From the NCBI GenBank assembly GCA_964565075.1, contig CAZMCK010000002.1:27603-91602 (forward strand): 64,000 bases of DNA, in the 5' to 3' direction. The notes beneath the pieces were generated by a model. It ran no database searches. It was not told the origin of the DNA and saw only the letters and a program-made list of their open reading frames with translations. The DNA comes from an uncultured Dehalococcoidaceae bacterium (lineage in GTDB: Bacteria > Chloroflexota > Dehalococcoidia > UBA2979). The position numbers and the translations under genes are program-made. Below, in pieces: positions 15,903-25,327 of this stretch; positions within the stretch are counted from its first letter, which is position 1; each line of letters starts with the position of its first letter.

Positions 15903-16781
15903 GTGGGCGTACACCTCGACCGCTGGCGGGCGCTCGTACGCGAGCGCCGCGAACAGATGGACCGGCACCTCGCCGCCCTGGGCGGGCCTCCCGAGGACTG
16001 GTGGGCGGGGCGCGCGGGACTGTTCACGCGCGGCATCGGCGACGCGGCGGCAGCGCCGCCCCCGGGCCTCGAGGCGATCGTCGGGCGGCTCGAGCGGCAT
16101 CACACCGTCCTCGATGTCGGGGCGGGCGCCGGCCGCTACGCCGTGCCGCTCTCACGCGCCGTGCGCCACATCACGCTCGTCGAGCCGTCGCCGGCGATGG
16201 CGCAGCTTGCCCGCGACGAGTTCGAGCGCCTCGGCCGCGGCAACTGGACGCTCGTCGAGCGCGAGTGGCTGGAGGCCGAGGACCTCGACCCGGCGTCGGC
16301 CGTGCTGCTCGCCAACGTGCTGAACCCGCACGAGGACCTCGAGGCGTGGATCGACAAGGCGCTGTCGCTGGCTCGCGGCTGGCTGTTCATCGTCCACGGC
16401 TCCATCCCCGAGATGACGCCCCACATGCAGCGCGTCGCGCGGGCACTCCACGGCGAGGAGCGCGTGCCGCAGCCGGGCATCAGCCACCTCATCCCGGCCC
16501 TGCACGACCTGGACATCTACCCCGACATAATGATGTTCGAACGTCGCTTCGCACGGTCCTACGCCGACGCCGGCGAGGCGGCCCGCGAGATCGCCTCGAC
16601 GCTGCTGGTCGAGCCGACCGGGGACGCGCTGGGGCGCATCCGGGAGATCGTCGAGCCGGACCTGCGGCTGCGTGCGGACGGCCGTGTCGCGCCGCCGGCG
16701 GTCACGGCGCCGCACGCGCTGCTGATCTGGCGCACCGCCGGGCGAGGCGATGGCCGCCGCTGGCGATGGCTGCGAGACTAG
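15903..16781 (+). CDS. class I SAM-dependent methyltransferase
   Basis: GTG start abutting the previous stop. Motif I reads VLDVGAGAGRY. Confidence 0.7.
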   Translation: MGVHLDRWRALVRERREQMDRHLAALGGPPEDWWAGRAGLFTRGIGDAAAAPPPGLEAIVGRLERHHTVLDVGAGAGRYAVPLSRAVRHITLVEPSPAMAQLARDEFERLGRGNWTLVEREWLEAEDLDPASAVLLANVLNPHEDLEAWIDKALSLARGWLFIVHGSIPEMTPHMQRVARALHGEERVPQPGISHLIPALHDLDIYPDIMMFERRFARSYADAGEAAREIASTLLVEPTGDALGRIREIVEPDLRLRADGRVAPPAVTAPHALLIWRTAGRGDGRRWRWLRD

Positions 16782-16799
16782 AGCCGGAAGGGAGCGTCC

Positions 16800-17282
16800 A
16801 TGCCTATCACCCTCGGCGCCGGGGATCCGGCCCCCACGTTCGAGCTGTCCGACCAGGACGGCGAGGTGCATCGCCTGGCGGACTACCAGGGGCAGACGGT
16901 GGTCCTCTATTTCTACCCTCGGGACTTCACGCCGGGCTGCACGACCCAGGCCTGCTCGCTCCGTGACACTCACCAGGAGATCGCCGACGAGGGCGCGGTC
17001 GTCCTCGGCGTCTCCACCGACGACGCCGAGTCGCACCAGAAGTTCCGCGAGGAGCACGGCTTGCCGTTCCCGCTGCTGGTCGACGCGGAGGCGAAGGTCT
17101 CCACGCGATACGGCGCGTGGGGCGAGAAGACGCTCTACGGCCGCAAGAGCATCGGCATGACGCGCGCGACGTTCGTGATCGGCCCGAGCGGGCGGCTGCT
17201 CAAGGTGTGGAAGCGCGCCCGCGCCGCCGACCACGGCGAGGCAGTCCTGAAGGCGCTGCGCGACCTCGTCGGCCACGCGTAG
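16800..17282 (+). CDS. bcp: thioredoxin-dependent peroxiredoxin Bcp
   Basis: 160 aa with FYPRDFTPGCTTQ and a resolving Cys. GGAAGGGAG ribosome-binding site. Confidence 0.9.
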   Translation: MPITLGAGDPAPTFELSDQDGEVHRLADYQGQTVVLYFYPRDFTPGCTTQACSLRDTHQEIADEGAVVLGVSTDDAESHQKFREEHGLPFPLLVDAEAKVSTRYGAWGEKTLYGRKSIGMTRATFVIGPSGRLLKVWKRARAADHGEAVLKALRDLVGHA

Positions 17283-17298
17283 CGCGCGCGGCCGGCGC

Positions 17299-19077
17299 TC
17301 AGCGCGCGGGGAGCCGGTCCTGCGCATCCCAGATGCGGTCGAGGATCGGGCGTCCCTCGCCGGCCGGGTCGACGAATTCCGGCCGGTAGATCCAGTGGAC
17401 CTCGCCGCCGTCGCCCCGGATGACGACGGGGCGGATGCGGTAGCCGATGAGCCGCTCCGGCGTGAAGCCCAGCTCCAGCACCAGCCCCTGCGCCGTCTCC
17501 TCGGACCAGTCCTGGTCGAAGACGAAGTTGCCGCCCGCGTAGGAGACGAGCGCCCCCTCGAAGTGCTCGACGGCCTGCACCCAGTGCGGGTGGTTGCCAA
17601 CCACGAGCGTTGCGCCGAGGTCCATCGCCAGCCCCGCCATCTCGCGCTGGTACCAGTTGGGGTCCGACTTGTACTCGATGCCCCAGTTCGCGCCGACCAC
17701 GACGTGGTCGGCCACCTCGAGGGCGGCGGCGATGTCCTCGCGCAGGCTCTGAGCCGTGAGTGGGGCCGTGCCGACGGCGGCGTCCGTGGCGTGGAACCAC
17801 GGCGCCATCGAGTCGTACCCGAGGAACGCGAAGCGCACCGGCTCGGCGGCGCCCTCCACCGTGAAGAGGGCAGGCGTGCGGGCCTCCGCCACGTGCTCAC
17901 CGGCGCCCGCGGTGGCGATGCCCGCCGCGTGCAGCCGCTCCAGCGTGTCGCGGATCGCCAGGGCCGCCGCGCAGCCCTCCCAGCAGTCGCCGATGTGGTT
18001 GCCGATGGGAAACACCACGTCGATCCCGGCCTCGGCCATCGCATCGACGGCGCGCGGGCTGCCTTGCAGCACGTAGGTCTCGATGCACTCCGTCGGCGCG
18101 CCGAGGTCGGTGAGCGAGCTCTCGAGCGACGAGACGGTGACATCCGCCGCAGTCATCAGATCGCGCACGCCGTCGAACATCGCGCCGTAGTCGTCGAGGT
18201 AGCTCAGCACGAAGTTCGAGCAGCGCACCGGGAGCAGCTCGCCGGTGACCAGCATCCCGGCCGGGTCGAACGGGGGCGCCTCGGTGAGCCCGGCGGCGGT
18301 GGCGAGCGCGGACGCGTCGGCGATGCCGGGAGCGCGTATCCAGCGCGCCCGGCGGAGCGGCGAGCCGCGCGCAGGGTCGCGGTAGGCGTCGTGCCCGTCG
18401 ACGGTGAGCGCGAGTACCCCCATCCGCAGGTCCTCGGGCGCGATGAGGGCGAACGCGCCCGGCGTGTCCGTGACGGCCGTCACCAGCTCCTCGTCGAGCA
18501 CCAGCCCGGCGCCCAGCACCGACGCCGACGCGCCCAGGGAGTCCACGATCCTCGAGGCCTGCGACGCCGGGAGGTAGACGGTGATCGGCTGCGCGCTGCC
18601 GCCGAGCTCGGACCAGTCGCGGATCTCGCCGCGCAGGATGCCCAGCACGTCGCCAAGCGTGAGATCGAGCACGTCGCGCCGCTGGTCCGTGATCGCAACC
18701 CAGCGGGCGAGCACGACCTCGATGCGAGCACCGGCGATGGGCCTGTCGGCGATGGCAAGACGCGCGGCGTCCGGGTCAGCGGCGACGGTGAACGTGTCGG
18801 TCGTTGCGAGCGCGGCCTCGATGCGTGCTCGCTCGGCTGCGTCGGAGACGAGGACGGCCACGGCGGGGCGTGGTTCCGGCGTCGGTGTTGTGGCCTGGGT
18901 GGGATCGGGTGGCGGCGCGGCGGTCGCCGCGGGTACCGGTCGGGCTGTCGCAGTCGGGTCGGGAGCGGGCGCCTCGGCGTCGCTCGTGCATCCGGCCGCG
19001 AGGAGCGGTAGCGCGCCGGCCACGAGCACCACGGCGCACGTTGCTCGCAGCAAGCGCACGCGTGCTAGAGCCGGCAT
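17299..19077 (-). CDS. CapA-family (PGA_cap metallophosphatase-like) lipoprotein
   Basis: Internal ATG (MPALARVRLL..) of ORF 17299..19206 with a lipobox LLAAGC. C-terminal CapA domain (GNHIGDCW...GNHPHW). Confidence 0.75.
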   Translation of the reverse strand: MPALARVRLLRATCAVVLVAGALPLLAAGCTSDAEAPAPDPTATARPVPAATAAPPPDPTQATTPTPEPRPAVAVLVSDAAERARIEAALATTDTFTVAADPDAARLAIADRPIAGARIEVVLARWVAITDQRRDVLDLTLGDVLGILRGEIRDWSELGGSAQPITVYLPASQASRIVDSLGASASVLGAGLVLDEELVTAVTDTPGAFALIAPEDLRMGVLALTVDGHDAYRDPARGSPLRRARWIRAPGIADASALATAAGLTEAPPFDPAGMLVTGELLPVRCSNFVLSYLDDYGAMFDGVRDLMTAADVTVSSLESSLTDLGAPTECIETYVLQGSPRAVDAMAEAGIDVVFPIGNHIGDCWEGCAAALAIRDTLERLHAAGIATAGAGEHVAEARTPALFTVEGAAEPVRFAFLGYDSMAPWFHATDAAVGTAPLTAQSLREDIAAALEVADHVVVGANWGIEYKSDPNWYQREMAGLAMDLGATLVVGNHPHWVQAVEHFEGALVSYAGGNFVFDQDWSEETAQGLVLELGFTPERLIGYRIRPVVIRGDGGEVHWIYRPEFVDPAGEGRPILDRIWDAQDRLPAR

Positions 19078-19451
19078 GGATACATGCGCAAATGTCTCGC
19101 CATACTCGCGGCCGTCACGATCATAGAACGCATCGCACAGTACCGCTGGATTCGTTGAGGCGAGCTGGCAGCCCGGAGGCGCACAGTTATGTCGATGACT
19201 GAGCATTGCGCGACGGTCTAGTGAACATAATGGGAATAGTGCGAAGTCAGGAACGGCGAAGCCGGCGCGGCTGCACGCTCACCCTCCCGCGCTCGACCCG
19301 CGTGCATCGCCCCCAGCCCCGGACCCCCGCGTGTCTGGGCGACGACGGGTCGAGGGCTGACCCAGCGCGGACCGGTGGTAGACTTGGACGGACGCAATCG
19401 CCCCACCGTCTCGTCCGCCGGTTCCGGCGGGCATCCCCGAGGAGCTCGTGA

Positions 19452-20774
19452 ATGAACTCCAACTTCGTGCAGACGTTGCTCGTGGGCGTCCTTTCCGTCT
19501 TCATCGCGGGCCTGCTGGTCGCCGCCGGCTTCCTCGCCCGTGTCGTGATCGAGGGCGACCCGGAGTCCGTCACGCAGATCCAGACGGTCGAGGTCACCGC
19601 CACGCCCGCCGCCGGCGATGCTGCTGCTGATGCCGACGACGCCGATCAGCCCGGCGTCTTCTCCGACATCGACGCCGAGCTGCTCGACGAGATCATCGAG
19701 ATCCTCGAGGACGACTTCGTCGAGCCCGACCTCATCGACCGCCAGCTCCTCCTCGAAGGCGCCATCAATGGCCTCTTCCAGGCGCTCGGTGACCCCCACT
19801 CCGTCTACATCGACCCTCAGACGTACGCGGTCTCCCGGGACGATTTCAGCGGCGCCTTCGAGGGCATCGGGGCGACGGTGTCACGACAGGATAATTATGT
19901 CGTGATCGTGCGCCCGCTCCCGAACACGCCCGCCGAGCGCGCCGGTGTCCGCGCCGGCGACATCATCCTCGCCGTCGACGGCGAGGACGCCGAGGGGTGG
20001 AGCGTGGAGAAGGCCGTGCTGCGCATCCGCGGCCGCCGCGGCACCGAGGTCGACATCACCGTCCGCCACACCGACGGCACCGAGGAGACGATCACGATCG
20101 TGCGCGACAACATCCTCGTCGCCTCGGTCGACACCGCCCCACCCGGCGGGATCCTCAAGGACAGCGCGGGCGACGAGGTCACGAACATCGGCTACATCCG
20201 GATCCGCAGCTTTACAGCACGCACGCCGCAGGAGCTCAGCGACCTGGTGCGGCAACTCGAGGACACCGGCGAGATCGACGCGCTCATCCTGGACGTCCGC
20301 GCCAATCCCGGCGGGCTCCTGGACGAGACAGCGGAGACCGCCGACCTCTTCCTCGACGACGGCACGATCCTCGTGCAAGTCGACCGCAGCGGGACCGAGC
20401 AGGTCTACCGCGCCGACCGCAACATCGTGACCCACCTCCCGATCGCCGTGGTGCAGGACGAGTTCTCGGCGTCGGGCTCCGAGGTGCTCGCCGCGGCGAT
20501 CCAGGAGAACGGCCGCGGCATCGTCGTGGGCTCGACGTCGTTCGGCAAGGGCACGGTCAACCGGGCGCGTGACCTGAGCAACGGCGGCGCGGTTTATGTC
20601 TCGATCGCGCGCTGGCTCACCCCCGACCGCAACATCATCGAGGGCCGCGGCGTGATCCCGGACATCGAGGTCACGCTCACCGCCGACGACATCGAGGCGG
20701 ACCGCGACCTTGCCGTGTACCGGGCGATCGAGGCCCTGCGCACCATGCTCTCCTCGTCCGCGCAGGGTTCGTAA
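19452..20774 (+). CDS. S41-family C-terminal processing protease (PDZ domain, N-terminal TM)
   Basis: 440 aa with an N-terminal TM helix, a PDZ domain and the S41 catalytic region (GSTSFGKGTV). Confidence 0.85.
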   Translation: MNSNFVQTLLVGVLSVFIAGLLVAAGFLARVVIEGDPESVTQIQTVEVTATPAAGDAAADADDADQPGVFSDIDAELLDEIIEILEDDFVEPDLIDRQLLLEGAINGLFQALGDPHSVYIDPQTYAVSRDDFSGAFEGIGATVSRQDNYVVIVRPLPNTPAERAGVRAGDIILAVDGEDAEGWSVEKAVLRIRGRRGTEVDITVRHTDGTEETITIVRDNILVASVDTAPPGGILKDSAGDEVTNIGYIRIRSFTARTPQELSDLVRQLEDTGEIDALILDVRANPGGLLDETAETADLFLDDGTILVQVDRSGTEQVYRADRNIVTHLPIAVVQDEFSASGSEVLAAAIQENGRGIVVGSTSFGKGTVNRARDLSNGGAVYVSIARWLTPDRNIIEGRGVIPDIEVTLTADDIEADRDLAVYRAIEALRTMLSSSAQGS

Positions 20775-20871
20775 GCGCATACTGAACGGGTAGTTATGTC
20801 CCGTCCCTGCCCTCCGGGTTCCACCCGGGGGGTGCGGGCGCGTGGCGACGATGAGGGTGAGGACGGGCGCG

Positions 20872-21366
20872 GTGGCGAAGCGCTCCTCGAAGAAGAAGCA
20901 GCCCGAGCTGCGCGAGGGTGGCACCATCGCGACGAACCGTCGCGCCCGCTACGACTACAGCATCGAGGGGACCTACGAGGCCGGCCTGGTCCTCACCGGC
21001 TCCGAGATCAAGTCGATACGCTCCGGCCGCGCCGACATCGCCGAAGGCTTCGCGCGCTTCGAAGGCGGCGAGCTGTGGCTGCATAACGTGCACATCGCCC
21101 CCTACGCGCCCGCCGGGGTGAACCATGAGCCGCTGCGGACCCGCAAGCTGCTCCTGCACCGCAACGAGCTCGAGCGCCTGGAGCGGGCGCTGCGCGAGCA
21201 GCCCGGGATGACCATCGTCCCGCTGCGGCTCTACCTGGCGCGCGGACTGGCGAAGGTCGAGATCGGCCTCGCGCGTGGCCGCCGACGCTACGACAAGCGC
21301 CAGGCGATCGCGAAGCGCGAGGCGGAACGGACCATGCAGCGGGCGATGCGACGGGACGCGCGCTAG
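20872..21366 (+). CDS. smpB: SsrA-binding protein SmpB
   Basis: ORF 20842..21366. The GTG at 20872 (8 nt after GAGGA) yields a 164-aa product of canonical SmpB length. Motifs IATNRRARYDY and TRKLLLH. Starts at 20842, 20851 or 20857 remain possible. Confidence 0.85.
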   Translation: MAKRSSKKKQPELREGGTIATNRRARYDYSIEGTYEAGLVLTGSEIKSIRSGRADIAEGFARFEGGELWLHNVHIAPYAPAGVNHEPLRTRKLLLHRNELERLERALREQPGMTIVPLRLYLARGLAKVEIGLARGRRRYDKRQAIAKREAERTMQRAMRRDAR

Positions 21367-21409
21367 GACGGGCTTCCATTGCGCGAGCCGACGTGGGAGC
21401 ATGGATATG

Positions 21410-21766
21410 TGGGGACGAAAGGGGTCGACAGCGGTTAACGGACACGGTTTGCGGGTCGAGGCGCCACCAACCTCGTAAAACAGGTGGCACCTTCATAACA
21501 GGCGATAACGAACTCGCCCTCGCCGCTTAGACAGCGGTGACGTTGTCCCCGGCTCTCGCCTGGCGAGCCGGGAGACAGCGCCGAAATGCCGGGCTGCAAT
21601 CGCGGGCGCGCGTCACAGGCCTCGCGACCAAGACTACTGCGACTGGCCGGCAGCCTCCCTCGTCAGCGCAGGGATGCCGGTGAGAACCCGCCGCTGACTA
21701 CGCCCGTAGCAGATCCGTGACGAAGGCTTGCTGGACGGGGAGTTCAATTCTCCCCCGTCTCCACCA
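21410..21766 (+). ncRNA. ssrA: tmRNA (ssrA)
   Basis: 5' GGGGACGAAAGGGGTCGAC pairs with 3' ...CGTCTCCACCA to form a 7-bp acceptor stem. T-arm GGACGGGGAGTTCAATTCTCCCCCGTC. Internal tag reading frame ...GGC GAT AAC GAA CTC GCC CTC GCC GCT TAG (..NELALAA*). Lies directly after smpB. Confidence 0.85.
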
Positions 21767-21945
21767 ACCACCACCCCCTATGCCCGCCAGGGCCGCGACG
21801 ACCGCCGGACAGCCGGCGCCACCGTCGACGTGCCCGGCGCGGCTCCGGCGCCCGCAGGACCCGCCAACCCGACGTGCGACGTGAGCTCGGAGCGTGGCGA
21901 GGACGCGACGCGTAGGCTCTGCAGTGCCACTGCCGGGGAGCCGCC

Positions 21946-23226
21946 GTGGATGAGCGCACCGAGCAAACCACTGCCGAGCACCGAGGCGTCGTCCGCCGCG
22001 CGCTGCGCTCGCTGAGGTTCCCGGGGTTCCGCTACTTCTGGGCCAGCAACTTCATCGTGGCGATGGGCCTGATGGTGCAGTTCACCGCGCGCGCCTGGCT
22101 GGTCGTGCAGCTCACCGACTCCGCGCTCGTCCTCGGCGCCGTCGAGGCGGCCTGGGCGCTCAGCTTCGCGCTCGGGTCGATCCCGATGGGCCTCGTCGCG
22201 GACCGGTTCAACCGACGCAACCTGCTGCTCATCGACAACCTGGTCGCGGTGCTCGTGGCGCTCACGATCGGGGTGCTGGTCGTTGCGGACCTCGTGGCGG
22301 TCTGGCACGTCTTCGCCGCGTCGCTGATCAGCGGGCTGCTCGGTGCGGTGCGCTTCCCGGCGAGCCAGGCCATGACAGGCCGCCTGGTGCCGCAGGGGTA
22401 CTTCATGAACGCCGCGTCGCTGAACACGGCCAGCCACAGCGTACCGAGCGTGGTCGGCCCGGCGCTCGGAGGGCTGCTGGTAGGCGGGGTGGGCGTCGGC
22501 GTCGTCTACTTCGCAACGTCCGGCGCGCACCTCGCGGCCGCCGTGATGCTGATGGTCGGCGTCGCGGCCTCGTTCGGGTCGATCGAGCGCACCGATGCCC
22601 GGTCGCTGACCGCGGACCTGCGACAGGCGATCGACTACATGCGGGCGGAGCCGGACCTGCTGCGGCTCACAGCAGTGGTCGTGACGCCGTTCGTGCTCGG
22701 CCAGTCGTTCATCCTGCTCCTGGCGCTCTTCGTCGAGCGGGAGCTCGGCGGCGGCGCGGCGATGTTCGGGTTCCTCAGCGCGTCGCTCGGCGCGGGCGGT
22801 GCGACCGGAGCGATGGTCGTCGCAGCCACGGGACGGCAGCGGCAGATCGGCCAGCTCATCTTCCTCGGGATCGCGGGCATCGGCGTCGCGGGCGTGGTGT
22901 ACGGCTTCTCCCAGTGGCTCCTGGTCACAGCCGCCGCCCTCTGTGTCGCGGGCGCGGCGCAGAGCGCCCTGTTCGTCGGCTTCGAGACGTTCCTGCTGCT
23001 GCGCGTGCCCGACGAGATGCGAGGCCGCGTGATGGGCCTCACGTTCACGGTGTTCGGGCTCTTCCCGGTGGGCGCGATCTTCGCCGGCGCACTCGCCGAC
23101 CTCATCGGCCTGCGCGCCGTCGCCATCCTCGAGGGCTTCGTCGTGCTCGCCCTCGCGCTGCTCGGCTGGCGGTTCGCGCTGCGCCGAATCACGGGGGACG
23201 GGGCGGGCGTCGGTGCTTCCGGGTAG
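21946..23226 (+). CDS. MFS transporter (DHA3/EntS-like)
   Basis: 426 aa with 12 predicted TM helices and MFS motifs. Confidence 0.8.
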   Translation: MDERTEQTTAEHRGVVRRALRSLRFPGFRYFWASNFIVAMGLMVQFTARAWLVVQLTDSALVLGAVEAAWALSFALGSIPMGLVADRFNRRNLLLIDNLVAVLVALTIGVLVVADLVAVWHVFAASLISGLLGAVRFPASQAMTGRLVPQGYFMNAASLNTASHSVPSVVGPALGGLLVGGVGVGVVYFATSGAHLAAAVMLMVGVAASFGSIERTDARSLTADLRQAIDYMRAEPDLLRLTAVVVTPFVLGQSFILLLALFVERELGGGAAMFGFLSASLGAGGATGAMVVAATGRQRQIGQLIFLGIAGIGVAGVVYGFSQWLLVTAAALCVAGAAQSALFVGFETFLLLRVPDEMRGRVMGLTFTVFGLFPVGAIFAGALADLIGLRAVAILEGFVVLALALLGWRFALRRITGDGAGVGASG

Positions 23227-23330
23227 GTCGAGGCTCGCCCCGCGAGCGGCGATGGATGCGAAGCGGCGCGGCCCCTGCGAGCCGCGCCGCCTGACTGGCC
23301 TTGCCTCGCGTCCTCGACGCCTCGGCGTCG

Positions 23331-24200
23331 TTACGCGTCGATGAAGTTCGGGCGGCGCTTCTCCGAGAACGCCGTCGGGCCCTCGATCGAGTCCTGCATC
23401 CCGGCGAGGTTCTGCTCGAGCGCGTTCCCCCACTCCTGCGCGACCTCCGGCGGCATGTTGAAGCCGCGGTAGAGCGCCTGCTTGTTGTTGCGGACCGCGC
23501 GCGGCGCCATGTCCAGCATCCGCTGCGCGTACTCCATCGCCGTGTCCATGAGCTGGTCGTCCGGCACCACGCGCTGCGCCCAGCCGAGCTGGTACGCGCG
23601 CTGCGCGTCCCACTGCGTGTCGCCCCACAGGGTCAACTCGAGGGCCGAGCTCAGGCCGATCTGGCGCAGGACGGGGATCATCCAGCCGGCGCCTGGCATG
23701 TTCCACCGCACCTCGGCGATGCCCACGCGCGCCGACTCGGCCATGATGCGGATGTCGGTCTGCATCGCATACATGAAGCCGCCGGCGATCGCGAAGCCGT
23801 TGATGGCGGCGATGGTTGGCTTCCACAGCCCCATGCCCTCGGCGAGCGGGACCGAGTTCTTGCGCGGGCCGGCCGCGGGCCTCGGCGCGTCGTCACCCGA
23901 CGCCTCGGCCTGGCGGGTCTCCGAGGTCTGGATGAGGTCGGCCCCCGCGCAGAACGCCTTGTTGCCGGCGCCCGTGAGGATCGAGACGCGCGCGGTGGGG
24001 TCGTCGCGGAACTCGGCGTAGGCGTCGTAGAGCGCCTCGCCGAGGCCGTCGCCGATGGAGTTCATGCGGTGCGGGCGGTTGAGCGTGATCACGTGGATCT
24101 TCCCGCCCTCGTGCTTGTCGACCTTCACCACTGGGCCGAAGGTCTCCTGCGGCGTGTCACGGCCGTGCTTCTGCGGGTCGTAGGCTTCGTACTCGGGCAT
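23331..24200 (-). CDS. enoyl-CoA hydratase/isomerase family protein (crotonase paralog 2)
   Basis: Internal ATG (MPEYEAYDP..) of ORF 23331..24287, preceded by GGAAGGAG. Motifs ITLNRPHRMN, TGAGNKAFCAGADL and INGFAIAGG. Confidence 0.85.
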   Translation of the reverse strand: MPEYEAYDPQKHGRDTPQETFGPVVKVDKHEGGKIHVITLNRPHRMNSIGDGLGEALYDAYAEFRDDPTARVSILTGAGNKAFCAGADLIQTSETRQAEASGDDAPRPAAGPRKNSVPLAEGMGLWKPTIAAINGFAIAGGFMYAMQTDIRIMAESARVGIAEVRWNMPGAGWMIPVLRQIGLSSALELTLWGDTQWDAQRAYQLGWAQRVVPDDQLMDTAMEYAQRMLDMAPRAVRNNKQALYRGFNMPPEVAQEWGNALEQNLAGMQDSIEGPTAFSEKRRPNFIDA

Positions 24201-24324
24201 GTCTGCTGCTCCTTCCGGCGCTCCGGGCGGCGCCGCTGGCAGTGTAGTGCGATGGCGTTGCGCCTGCGTCGACGGGACGCCGCGCACGTGGAGCGCGCGG
24301 GCATGCGACGTGCGGGCATACAGA

Positions 24325-24351
24325 AGGGCGGCGTCGCGATGACGCCGCCCT
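24325..24351. terminator. 11-bp-stem hairpin downstream of the lipoprotein gene
   Basis: AGGGCGGCGTC-GCGAT-GACGCCGCCCT. Confidence 0.45.
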
Positions 24352-24404
24352 CCGCGTTGTCGAGTCCGCGTGCCCGGCGCAGCAGCGGCCGGGCACGTCG
24401 GGCG

Positions 24405-25184
24405 CTAGCTTCGGACCTGCCGTCGCCTCCCGGTGACGGCCCTCGCCGCCAGCACCACGACGACCGTCGCCAGCGCGACCGCAGCGAGGGTGCTCGCGCC
24501 GGTGCTGCCGTCGTAGGCGCCGGCGAGGATGCCGTGGCCGTCGTCGGGCTTGGCGGGCATGACGTCCCCTGAGGCCGTCGTGCTCGCCCTGAGCTGACGC
24601 GGCTCCGAGCTGGTGAAGTCGATGTCCCAGATGAACGCGCCGCCCTCGATGCGGTCCGCGTTATGTTCGGCCGGCACGCCCGGCAGCTCGACGCGCACGC
24701 GCGCCCAGCCGCCCTGGAGCAGCTCGGGCGGCAGTGCATCCGCGCCCGCGGCCTGCGGTCCAGCGGCCTCGGCGGCGGGTGCGAGGGTCGTGGCGAATGA
24801 CCACCCGCCCTGGCCGTCGGGCCGAATCTCGAAGTCGCTCGTGATGGAGTCGACCTGCGGCGCGCCGAGGTAGAGCGCGAGCTGCTGGAGGCTCGCGAAC
24901 GGCAGCGCCAGCTGGATGCCGGTGAACCCGTCCTGGCTGTACTCCTCGACGGTGGCCCCCGGCGGAGGCTGGCCGCCGAGCCCGAGGGCGTCCTCGGTCG
25001 TCATGCCGGTCATGGCCGTGACCTGGTCGCTCAGCGCCATGAGCACGTTCATCGCGCCTGACCCGTCGGCATTCACGACGAAGCCAAGCTCGTAGCGGAT
25101 GCAGCCGACCATCGAGAACGCCGTGACCGCCAGCACAAGCGTCAACGCCCGCACCCGGCGGGTCGCCGTCCGTGTCCATCTCAT
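24405..25184 (-). CDS. hypothetical lipoprotein with a C-terminal hydrophobic anchor
   Basis: Signal peptide plus lipobox (AFSMVGC), taking the start at M6 after a GGGAG ribosome-binding site. C-terminal TM followed by RRRQ. Confidence 0.5.
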   Translation of the reverse strand: MRWTRTATRRVRALTLVLAVTAFSMVGCIRYELGFVVNADGSGAMNVLMALSDQVTAMTGMTTEDALGLGGQPPPGATVEEYSQDGFTGIQLALPFASLQQLALYLGAPQVDSITSDFEIRPDGQGGWSFATTLAPAAEAAGPQAAGADALPPELLQGGWARVRVELPGVPAEHNADRIEGGAFIWDIDFTSSEPRQLRASTTASGDVMPAKPDDGHGILAGAYDGSTGASTLAAVALATVVVVLAARAVTGRRRQVRS

Positions 25185-25327
25185 GTCGATTACTCCCATC
25201 GCGCGCGACCATCCTACGACGCAACGGCGTCGATGGCACTACCGCCGATACCCGGTCGCCTTCCGGCGGCGCGAGACGGCGCGGCGCTGGGTTGCTACCG
25301 TCTGAGCGTCGGGAGAGGAGCACCGCG

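Noticed and set aside
15551-18143. Long ORFs 15551..16966 (+) and 16152..18143 (-)
   Set aside because: These are off-frame or antisense to the methyltransferase, bcp and CapA-family genes, and their translations are dominated by R, A, P and G.
21767-21945. Possible genomic-island junction immediately 3' of the tmRNA
   Set aside because: No integrase gene and no direct repeat of the tmRNA 3' end could be identified downstream. The next gene is an ordinary MFS transporter.
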